Shown here: positions 19,299 to 27,476 of the stretch, piece after piece
Position numbering within the stretch: the stretch's first letter is position 1
How the letters are laid out: each line of letters begins with the position of its first letter
Assembly: GCA_023139045.1 (NCBI GenBank)
Contig: JAGLOJ010000012.1
Coordinates: 9,725 to 73,724 of the forward strand
DNA length: 64,000 nt
DNA from: Candidatus Sabulitectum sp.
Lineage (GTDB): Bacteria > Fermentibacterota > Fermentibacteria > Fermentibacterales > JCC-6
Direction of reading: 5' to 3'
The notes under the pieces: generated by a model
Databases searched by the model: none
What the model was told of the DNA's origin: nothing
Seen by the model: only the letters and a program-made list of their open reading frames with translations
Program-made: the position numbers and the translations under genes

Positions 19299-20746
19299 AA
19301 ATAACAGCTCTTAACCCGCCTTTCATTCCTCATTTCAGTCGTGGGCAACGAAGTCCTGCAGTGACAAGAAGTGGAACGCTTTACTTTCCCATCTGGCTCT
19401 CCTATGCAGTGGGAGCTCTTGAGCAGGCTGGGCATACCGTTCAATTCATAGATTCTCCGGCAATGGATCTTGATCTTGCTGAAGTCCGCGAGAAGATCAG
19501 AGAATTCTCACCGGATATAATAGTGCTGGATACATCGACACCTTCGATTCTTTCTGATACTGAGACTGCAGATACGTTAACTGATACTGGAGCAGCAGTG
19601 TTTATTCTTGGTTCTCATCCATCTGCACTTCCAGAAGAGACTGTGTTGCTTGGACGGAAATTCCGTGGAGCGATTCTGGGTGAGTACGAAAAACCTCTCC
19701 TTTCAGTTGTGAATGCCCTTCAGGACGATCTTCCTCTGGAGGGGATACCTGGAACTGCAATTCGTCGCAGGGACGGAGCAGGCGTCGTGGTCACACCTCC
19801 TCAGGGGTATCTCACGGATCTGGATTCTCTTCCATTTGTCAGTTCTGTTTATGCTGCGCATCTTCCAGTTGCCAGGTACAACAATCCCAATGCACTCCAT
19901 CCCCAGGTAATGGTAATGGGTGGAAGGGGCTGCCCGAATCAGTGCAGTTTCTGTGTCTTTCCTCAGACCCTTACCGGTCGCCATTACAGAAGCCGTTCGG
20001 TTCAGAATGTTGTTGCTGAAATGAAGTGGGTAGAGGATAACATGCCGGAGGTGCAGGCGGTCTTTTTTGAAGATGACACAATTGCTGCGGATATGGAAAG
20101 GCTGCGACTGCTTTCCGCTGAAATTATTAAAGCGGAAGTAAAAATTTCCTGGACGTGTAATATGAGGGCCACAGCAGATTTCCAAACTCTTTGCCAATGT
20201 CATGCTGCAGGTCTTAGATCGGTTTGTGTGGGCTTTGAAAGCGGATGTGATGAGATACTGGACTCGATGCGAAAAGGTCTCAAGGTGGAGCAGATGGTGC
20301 GATTCATGGAAAGTGCCAGGAAGGCCGGCATTCTTGTTCACGGCTGCTTTCTCTTCGGAATTCCCGGGGAAACCCGGGATACTGCCAGGCGGACTCTGGA
20401 TTTTGCATTGAAACTGAACCCGGACACAGCCCAGTTTTACCCTCTGATGGTTTATCCGGGAACCGATGCATACACAGATGTTCAGAAAGCCGGGCTGCTG
20501 GTTACATCAAGCTGGAGAGACTGGTTGAAGGCAGACGGTACTCATGCCTGTGTTGTTCAGACACCTGACATGTCTCCAGACGAACTTGTTGAATTCTGCA
20601 ATCATGCCAGAAGGAAATTCTACCTGAGACCGGGATACATCATGAAAAAAGTATGGCGCAGTCTTTTTGATAAAGGCGAAAGACACAGAACTCTGCTTGC
20701 ATTCCGAACATTCCGGAAATACATTTTCAGGCGGAAAAATGACTGA
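19295..20746 (+). CDS. B12-binding domain radical SAM enzyme (second HpnJ-like paralog)
   Basis: B12-binding N-domain followed by GGRGCPNQCSFC (CxxxCxxC). Co-linear with the 14910 gene. Confidence 0.85.
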   Translation: MKITALNPPFIPHFSRGQRSPAVTRSGTLYFPIWLSYAVGALEQAGHTVQFIDSPAMDLDLAEVREKIREFSPDIIVLDTSTPSILSDTETADTLTDTGAAVFILGSHPSALPEETVLLGRKFRGAILGEYEKPLLSVVNALQDDLPLEGIPGTAIRRRDGAGVVVTPPQGYLTDLDSLPFVSSVYAAHLPVARYNNPNALHPQVMVMGGRGCPNQCSFCVFPQTLTGRHYRSRSVQNVVAEMKWVEDNMPEVQAVFFEDDTIAADMERLRLLSAEIIKAEVKISWTCNMRATADFQTLCQCHAAGLRSVCVGFESGCDEILDSMRKGLKVEQMVRFMESARKAGILVHGCFLFGIPGETRDTARRTLDFALKLNPDTAQFYPLMVYPGTDAYTDVQKAGLLVTSSWRDWLKADGTHACVVQTPDMSPDELVEFCNHARRKFYLRPGYIMKKVWRSLFDKGERHRTLLAFRTFRKYIFRRKND

Positions 20747-21686
20747 AGTCGCAGTAGTTATCCCCTTCAGAGGCCAGTGGGACACAGTAATTCCAACTCT
20801 AAGGGCATTGGTCACGCAGACAATCAGGTCTCGCATGACCGTGGTTTTGAGTGTCGACGGCATGGAAAAGCCACCTTCTGAGGTTGCTGAACTGGCAGAT
20901 GTCTGTGTTAACGGACGACAGGGAGGCCCTGCTTCTGCCAGGAACCGTGGCTGGCGAGCAGTCAGTACACCCTTTATTCTGTTCACCGATTCCGACTGTA
21001 TTCCTGAAACTACCTGGGCTCTGCGTATGGTTGATAAACTGGAGGGTGAATATCAGGCGGTGAAAGGGATATATTCTTCAGGCGGGAGCAAGCTGATACA
21101 AAGGCTGGCTCAAGTGGAGTTTGAAGAGAGATACCGGCTTATGGAACGGGCTGAAACTATTCATCTTGCTGATACTTATTCTGCAGGTTTCCGCAGAGAC
21201 TGGCTTGAGAAGCTTGACGGTTTTGATGAGAGTTTTCCTCTGCCGGAGCATGAGGATGTGGATCTTTCCTGGAGACTCACCGGAGCGGGGGGAAGGATCG
21301 GATTTGTCCATGATGCCAGGGTGGCCCATATTCACAGATCGAGCTGGACTGCCTATTTTGCAATGAAGTATCGCCGTGGAAAATGGAGGGTAATGCTGGT
21401 CAGAAAATTCCCAGCCAGGGCCGTGAGCGACGGTTATACTCCTCAGACCCTGAAACTGCAGATGCTGCTCTCTGTTCCGGTTGTGTTTTCCCTGTTTCTG
21501 CTTCCATTTTTTCCTGGTGTCACCGTTTTTTTCTGGCTCCTTTTTCTGCTTCTCTGTGCTCCTCTTCTACTTACTGCCATGGCATCTGATCCTTTCACTC
21601 TGCTGTTTGTTCCGTTTTTTGCACTGTGGAGGGGTACTGCCCTGTTTGCGGGTGCCCTGCGGGGTTTGACGGGAGGGAGCAAGTAG
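20739..21686 (+). CDS. glycosyltransferase family 2 with C-terminal membrane anchor (HpnI-like)
   Basis: VVIPFRG...TDSDCIP (DxD-type) GT-A fold followed by 3-4 C-terminal TM helices. Start MTEV overlaps the rSAM stop by 8 nt. Confidence 0.75.
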   Translation: MTEVAVVIPFRGQWDTVIPTLRALVTQTIRSRMTVVLSVDGMEKPPSEVAELADVCVNGRQGGPASARNRGWRAVSTPFILFTDSDCIPETTWALRMVDKLEGEYQAVKGIYSSGGSKLIQRLAQVEFEERYRLMERAETIHLADTYSAGFRRDWLEKLDGFDESFPLPEHEDVDLSWRLTGAGGRIGFVHDARVAHIHRSSWTAYFAMKYRRGKWRVMLVRKFPARAVSDGYTPQTLKLQMLLSVPVVFSLFLLPFFPGVTVFFWLLFLLLCAPLLLTAMASDPFTLLFVPFFALWRGTALFAGALRGLTGGSK

Positions 21687-23074
21687 TGTTCGCTCCCATC
21701 CGACGCCAGCAACGTATCTTTATTCTGTTTCTGATTGCGGCCGACATTATCACCGTACCGCTTTCGCTGCTGGCAACCTGGTACATCAGAACCAGCTGGC
21801 TGTCCGGAATTCTTCCGGGCTTCACCCATACAATAAACACCTACCTCACCACCATTCCTGTCCTTTCCGTGCTGTGGATAGCCTCGTGGTGGTCGGCAGG
21901 AATGTATGTTCACTCTTCCCAGCAGGGTGCTTTCCCGGGGCTTGCCAGACGGATGCGGGCTGTTTTCTATCTTGCAGTAGCTATGATGGCGGCAAGCTAC
22001 CTTGTGAAGACGGATTATTCAAGAATTATGCTTCTGATATTCCTGGTGATATCGCAGCCTCTGAATATTCTCTTCAGAAGCCTGTTCAGTTCACTGGCTG
22101 GAAGAGTTGCACCATCCAAGGAATCACCTGCTACGATAGTGATCGGTTCTGGTGAGTTCGCGGAAAGAGTGATAACTTCACTGCGTAAATTCCCCGAACC
22201 CAGACACAGGATAAAAGGTGTTCTTGTGGAGCAGTCCGGCATTGCTGAATACATCTGCGGAGTAAAAGTGATTGGCGAGCCCCGTGATCTGCCCCGTCTG
22301 ATCGAGAGCCTTTCCATTGATGAGGTTTTCTTTGCCAGCGGCTCCATGAACAGAACTGACATGCTGAAAATTGTAAACTCCGTACCCAAGGAGGATATCG
22401 TTTTCATGCTTGTAACAGATCTTTTTGAAATTGCAGCAGGTGTAGGTGATCTCAGCAGTATATCCAGAATGCCTGTGGTGGAAATCGGCTCTTCCGAAAA
22501 AGGTGCTTTCAACAATTTGACCAAAAGGATCATGGACTTATTCATGTCCTCGGTTCTGATTGTTATTCTTGCACCTCTCATGACCATCATCTGGGTGATT
22601 TTAGCATTGCGTGGTAAGGGATCTCCGATATTCAAACAAACTCGGGTCGGCAGGTACGGCAGAGAATTTACATTGTATAAATTCAGAACAATGAAACCGG
22701 AAGCAGACGAATATGAAGTTGCTCCAGTAGCCGGTGATGACCCCAGAGTTACCGGCTTGGGCAGATTACTCAGAAAAACAAGCCTTGATGAACTGCCTCA
22801 GCTGTTCAATGTTTTAAGAGGGCATATGAGTATGGTTGGACCCAGGCCGGAGATGGATTTTATCGTTCGCGACTACAATGCCTGGCAGCGCAGGCGGCTT
22901 GATGTGAAGCCGGGTATTACCGGTTTGTGGCAGATCATGGGCAGAAAAGATCTTCCGCTGCACGAGAACCTTGAATATGATTTTTACTATATGAGAAATC
23001 AATCTGTTATGCTGGACATGGCGATTCTCGCCAGAACGGTTGTTACCGTTCTTAAAGGAAGGGGAGCATACTGA
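21686..23074 (+). CDS. polyprenyl-phosphate sugar-1-phosphate transferase (WbaP/EpsL Bac_transf family initiating transferase)
   Basis: C-terminal catalytic domain IFKQTRVGRYGREFTLYKFRTM...SLDELPQLFNVLRGHMSMVGPRPE. GTG 21686 overlaps the upstream TAG (TAGTG) with a GGGAGGGAG RBS. Confidence 0.85.
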   Translation: MFAPIRRQQRIFILFLIAADIITVPLSLLATWYIRTSWLSGILPGFTHTINTYLTTIPVLSVLWIASWWSAGMYVHSSQQGAFPGLARRMRAVFYLAVAMMAASYLVKTDYSRIMLLIFLVISQPLNILFRSLFSSLAGRVAPSKESPATIVIGSGEFAERVITSLRKFPEPRHRIKGVLVEQSGIAEYICGVKVIGEPRDLPRLIESLSIDEVFFASGSMNRTDMLKIVNSVPKEDIVFMLVTDLFEIAAGVGDLSSISRMPVVEIGSSEKGAFNNLTKRIMDLFMSSVLIVILAPLMTIIWVILALRGKGSPIFKQTRVGRYGREFTLYKFRTMKPEADEYEVAPVAGDDPRVTGLGRLLRKTSLDELPQLFNVLRGHMSMVGPRPEMDFIVRDYNAWQRRRLDVKPGITGLWQIMGRKDLPLHENLEYDFYYMRNQSVMLDMAILARTVVTVLKGRGAY

Positions 23075-23094
23075 TAACTGTTCTTGCTCTTTCA

Positions 23095-23820
23095 GTGCTG
23101 GTTGGCGTCTGGAATTTTGCCGGTCCTGTTCAGGCAGGGCTCGGTGTTTTCCCGGTTGCCTGGAGCAACGATCCTGTCTCCTGTATGGCCGCTCCGGCAG
23201 GTATGGGCAGGATTGAGTTTCTTGAGGTGGTTGCCACGGCCGGAATTACCGATAATGAACCATCTGGATCTGTTGCAGCAGTTATGCCTCTGGGAGGATC
23301 TGGATTTCAGCTTGGTACAGCTGCTGGATGGGACAATAATCACAGCACAGGTACAGCTCAACTCTCGGCAGGCTATGTGATTGCCGGAGATCCTATCGGG
23401 TTTATGGAAGGTCTCTTCGGACCCAGCATAACAACCGGTGTTTCGGCCAGGTATCTGTATGCTGACAGTACCGGTGACAACTCTTTTGATTTTGATGCCG
23501 GGTTTCAGTTTTCCCTTTTTCCCTCATTTGCACTGGGAATGCTTTATTCGGATATCATCAATGATCGCGTACTCACCACAGGGTTCAGTCATGTTTTTAA
23601 CAGGAACTTGAAGGCTCACACAACCTTCAGTGATGATAACTGGCAGGTTGGATGCGAGCTGATGGTTAAAAGAACCTTCCGGGTTTACGCCGGCACAGAT
23701 GGCGAGAATGTTAACGCCGGTGTCAGGTTCTCCCCCGGACAATGGAATTACGCTTACGGAGCTGTGCTGCACAATAACGGTATTGAGCACAGAATCGGCA
23801 TCTCCAGGAGGTTCCCGTGA
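23095..23820 (+). CDS. hypothetical secreted/outer-membrane protein
   Basis: Hydrophobic N-terminus, and the frame is open upstream to the previous stop. Gly/aromatic-rich, beta-rich. N-terminus uncertain: GTG 23095, or a non-canonical start overlapping the upstream stop. Confidence 0.5.
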   Translation: MLVGVWNFAGPVQAGLGVFPVAWSNDPVSCMAAPAGMGRIEFLEVVATAGITDNEPSGSVAAVMPLGGSGFQLGTAAGWDNNHSTGTAQLSAGYVIAGDPIGFMEGLFGPSITTGVSARYLYADSTGDNSFDFDAGFQFSLFPSFALGMLYSDIINDRVLTTGFSHVFNRNLKAHTTFSDDNWQVGCELMVKRTFRVYAGTDGENVNAGVRFSPGQWNYAYGAVLHNNGIEHRIGISRRFP

Positions 23821-24992
23821 CAGCACTGTTTCTTGCTCTGGCACTTTTAGGACAGACCGATTCCAGGGAAACCGGGGAAGACGGTCTTAATCTTGGATTG
23901 CTTTTTCACTCCACAGCATCAGCAGATCTGAAAGCGGGACTGAATACTCTCTCGGCTGATACTCTCACTGTTTTTCCACGGGGATCTTTTAACAGCGACT
24001 GGGTTCGTCTCTGCGCAGAAGCTGCTCTCAAGTATTCTGTGGATTCAACATTCTCCGAACTGGAACCTGTAAGCGCAGGTGCATTTTTCAGATGGCCGGG
24101 CTCACCGTGGATTGGAACTGGAGTTTCCATGGGCCTTATTGACCCTTTTCTTGCAGGACTTGATGTTCCGGCAAGAGAGTGGCAAAGCTATGATGTGATG
24201 GATTCCACCGTAGTCACAGTTGAAGCGGGAGGTTTGCTCGGGTTTCAGGGATTCTGGAATCAGTTTGGAGATTCGCTCTCATGGTATGGAGTAAAATCGC
24301 CCTGGCTGGGATTCGGAACACTGAACTGGAACGGCATTCGAGAGAATTCTTCCGAGCTGGAAACAGTCGGCGGTTTTCTTGATCTGAGAAAATTCCAGCC
24401 ATGGTTCCTCTTTGTTAAGGAAGACTCGCAGTGGACTTGCCTGACAGAGATCAGGGGCTGGCAACCGGTGCATAACCATGATTTTTCCATTGAAATTGCC
24501 CCCAGGGTCTACTTCGAGGAGGATTCCAATACTGTTGGCCTTACAGCCTATCTTCACGGAAAAAGCAGAGCCATCAGTGGCTCTTTGCAGGCTGTTACAG
24601 ATGTGGCTGATCCAGCGGAGCCGTCTCTACACGCAGGATTGGATATCCTTTCCGAAGTCGGTATCGCCTGGGCTGTGGATGCTGAACTTGAACATTTCAA
24701 GGATTTCCATGGTGCAGTATCAGGATTTTACAGAATGTCGCCTGCCGGATGCGGCGGAGCACTCGAGATGTTTGATGACAGCCTCAGAGTTACCGCAACG
24801 GCACTGTACTCACCTGTTCCCGGTGTTGCAGCAGAACTGTCAGTAATGTCAGATCTGAATACAGGTTCACCGGAACCCGGATGCCTGCTTCGCGTATTCG
24901 GGGCCAGGGATGACTTTACCGCCGCGGTCACTGTTGAATGGGGAGACGGTTCAACCACTCTGGGGATGGAGGTATCTGCATGGATAGACTGA
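23817..24992 (+). CDS. hypothetical secreted protein (beta-rich, W/G-rich)
   Basis: AGGAGG RBS 6 nt upstream of GTG 23817. Signal peptide MTALFLALALLGQ. Confidence 0.55.
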   Translation: MTALFLALALLGQTDSRETGEDGLNLGLLFHSTASADLKAGLNTLSADTLTVFPRGSFNSDWVRLCAEAALKYSVDSTFSELEPVSAGAFFRWPGSPWIGTGVSMGLIDPFLAGLDVPAREWQSYDVMDSTVVTVEAGGLLGFQGFWNQFGDSLSWYGVKSPWLGFGTLNWNGIRENSSELETVGGFLDLRKFQPWFLFVKEDSQWTCLTEIRGWQPVHNHDFSIEIAPRVYFEEDSNTVGLTAYLHGKSRAISGSLQAVTDVADPAEPSLHAGLDILSEVGIAWAVDAELEHFKDFHGAVSGFYRMSPAGCGGALEMFDDSLRVTATALYSPVPGVAAELSVMSDLNTGSPEPGCLLRVFGARDDFTAAVTVEWGDGSTTLGMEVSAWID

Positions 24993-25348
24993 TTGCATTA
25001 TCTTTACTGCTCGTTTTCTTTTCCCTTTCCTGTGCAGTTTTTGTACCGGCAGAGAAAGCGCATACTGATCAACTGGTGTTTCACAACCCCGCAGCGGGTA
25101 AAGTTCAGCTAATCGGAGACTGGAACAACTGGGGGGGTATAACCGGTGCCACCGGTACGGTGAACCCTGCATGCGGGATTATGGAAAATGACAATGGCAT
25201 CTGGACTGCTCCACCTCCGGATGATCTGGAGCGGGGAAGGTACAGGTATGCTTTTCTTGTGAATGGAGCACAGTATTTTCCGGATCCCGCGAATCCGGAA
25301 CGGACCGTGTTTTTAGAACATGAGGTTTCGGTTCTTCTTATTGACTGA
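24980..25348 (+). CDS. small lipoprotein with CBM48/E-set (AMPK-beta glycogen-binding-like) domain
   Basis: Signal with lipobox FFSLSCAV. KVQLIGDWNNW...RYRYAFLVNGAQYFPDPANP matches the glycogen-binding/isoamylase N-domain pattern. Confidence 0.6.
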   Translation: MDRLIALSLLLVFFSLSCAVFVPAEKAHTDQLVFHNPAAGKVQLIGDWNNWGGITGATGTVNPACGIMENDNGIWTAPPPDDLERGRYRYAFLVNGAQYFPDPANPERTVFLEHEVSVLLID

Positions 25349-25365
25349 GACGAGGGGGGAATAGA

Positions 25366-26415
25366 TTGGCTTCTGTAAGATTTGAAGCTGTCAGCAAGGT
25401 TTACAACACGGATTCAAAAGCACTTTCAGATTTTTCACTGGAGGTTGAAGACGGAGAGTTTGTTGTTCTTGTCGGACCCAGCGGTTGTGGTAAATCAACC
25501 ACTCTTCGAGTGATGGCCGGTCTTGAGGAGGCAACTGCCGGCAGAGTTTTCATCGACAACACTGACATAACCGACGAAACACCGTCAAAGCGAGATATCG
25601 CAATGGTGTTTCAGAACTATGCTCTGTACCCGCACATGACTGTTTTTGACAACATGGCCTTTTCTCTGAAAATGCGCAAGCTGCCCAAAGAGGAAATAAA
25701 GCGTTCTGTTACTGAAACTGCCGACATTCTCGGAATTTCCGAATATCTCGATAGGAAGCCCAAAGAGCTTTCCGGTGGTCAGAGGCAGCGCGTGGCTCTC
25801 GGACGGGCTATTGTCCGTCAACCCAAAGTTTTCCTTTTTGATGAGCCTCTTTCAAATCTCGACGCGAAGCTAAGAGTTCAGATGAGAAATGAGTTGGCCA
25901 GGCTTCATTCACAGCTTAAAGCCACAATGATTTATGTCACACATGACCAGGCGGAAGCAATGACTCTGGGCGACAGAATTGTTGTGCTTAAAGACGGCTG
26001 TATTCAGCAGGTGGATCATCCTCTAGAAGTCTATAACAATCCCTGCAACAGGTTTGTAGCCGGCTTTATTGGAAGCCCTGCCATGAATTTTTTCAAGGCT
26101 GAGATATCAAAGGGGGAGCTTTTGTCGGTAAATGGTCGACTTGAGATAAACGGAGTCGCTGACGGGATGTATACACTGGGTGTCAGACCGGAGGATATTA
26201 TTGTTTCTGAAAGGGGGCAGTTCACCTGTTCGATCGATGTTGTAGAGACACTTGGCAATGAAAAGGTTGTAATCGGAATCACCCGGAGTGGTGAGCAGAT
26301 CACTGCCAGGTGCAGGCCTGATGCTGATATTCACCCCGGAGATGACTTGAGTTTCGACATTGATATGAGTAAAACCCATCTTTTTGCTGTAGAAGGGGTT
26401 GAGCGTAAAATATGA
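25366..26415 (+). CDS. ABC transporter ATP-binding protein, MalK/UgpC/MsmX-type with C-terminal TOBE domain
   Basis: Walker A GPSGCGKST, Q-loop, signature LSGGQRQRVALGRAI, Walker B FLFDEPLSNLD, C-terminal regulatory beta-domain. No permease is adjacent. Confidence 0.85.
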   Translation: MASVRFEAVSKVYNTDSKALSDFSLEVEDGEFVVLVGPSGCGKSTTLRVMAGLEEATAGRVFIDNTDITDETPSKRDIAMVFQNYALYPHMTVFDNMAFSLKMRKLPKEEIKRSVTETADILGISEYLDRKPKELSGGQRQRVALGRAIVRQPKVFLFDEPLSNLDAKLRVQMRNELARLHSQLKATMIYVTHDQAEAMTLGDRIVVLKDGCIQQVDHPLEVYNNPCNRFVAGFIGSPAMNFFKAEISKGELLSVNGRLEINGVADGMYTLGVRPEDIIVSERGQFTCSIDVVETLGNEKVVIGITRSGEQITARCRPDADIHPGDDLSFDIDMSKTHLFAVEGVERKI

Positions 26416-27476
26416 TTCTGCTCACCTCACTGGTAATTGCTCTTCTGGTTTCCTTCTTATTGACTCCCCTGATGAGTCGCCTGGCTGGGAAATGGGGCTT
26501 TGTTGACAGCAAAGACAAACCGGGAAGCTCGGGAACGCCGTTCATGGGGGGCGTTGCCATTTTTCTGGGTTTCGCTGCTGCCATTGTGGCAGGAATGCTG
26601 TTTTTTCCGGTTCTTCCCGGTGAAAGTATCGTTGATACCCCTCTCTCCTGGCGATCCATCTGTATTCTTGTGCTGGTTTCCGGCTTTCTTATGGCACTCA
26701 CCGGATTTCTTGATGACAAGTATGAACTTTCACCGCGGATGAAGCTTTTTCTTCATTCCCTTGTGGCCATCGTTGTTGGTACCTTGTTCGTTGTGAATGG
26801 AGCCCAGGTGAGGCTTTTCCTCGAAGGAAGCCATGTTGCATGGCTGGCTGCACCTGTTACTTTGATCTGGCTTCTCGGCATAACCAATTCCATTAACCTT
26901 CTTGATCATGCAGACGGGGTTACAGCAGGCGTATCAGCAATATCCGCATTGTTCTTCGCAGCGTTGAATTTCATGCACGGCAATCCAGCCATTGCATTTA
27001 TCAGTATTGCTCTGGCAGGTGCGTCGCTGGGATTCCTGTTCTTCAATTTTCCACCGGCTTCAACCTTTATGGGTGATTGCGGTTCCAATTTCCTTGGCTT
27101 TATGCTGGGCATCATAGCTGTCCTCGGGTTTTACACACCTCGGGGGTCAATTCCTTATCTGGCCATACTCTCTCCGCTTCTTATCCTGGCTGTACCCATT
27201 ATTGACACCGTAATGGTTCTTATTTACAGAAGAAAGCGTGGAGCCCCCCTTTTTAAGGGAGACAAGAATCATCTGGCTCACAGACTCATGCGCATGGGGT
27301 ACTCAAGGAAAACCACAGTCGTGATGTTATATATTTTTTCTGTAATACTTGGAACAATGGCACTTCTTCTTCCCACTCTGCAGCCTTACCAGGCGATTCT
27401 TGCATTTGTCAATGCGATAGGAGTGATCAGCGTATTGACAATATTCATTGCTCGCAGCGAGAGAGGTAACCGTTGA
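26412..27476 (+). CDS. MraY/WecA-family polyprenyl-phosphate N-acetylhexosamine-1-phosphate transferase (GT4 family)
   Basis: 10-11 TM helices; conserved NxxNxxDGxDGL-type and GDxGSNFLGF motifs. Confidence 0.85.
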   Translation: MILLTSLVIALLVSFLLTPLMSRLAGKWGFVDSKDKPGSSGTPFMGGVAIFLGFAAAIVAGMLFFPVLPGESIVDTPLSWRSICILVLVSGFLMALTGFLDDKYELSPRMKLFLHSLVAIVVGTLFVVNGAQVRLFLEGSHVAWLAAPVTLIWLLGITNSINLLDHADGVTAGVSAISALFFAALNFMHGNPAIAFISIALAGASLGFLFFNFPPASTFMGDCGSNFLGFMLGIIAVLGFYTPRGSIPYLAILSPLLILAVPIIDTVMVLIYRRKRGAPLFKGDKNHLAHRLMRMGYSRKTTVVMLYIFSVILGTMALLLPTLQPYQAILAFVNAIGVISVLTIFIARSERGNR

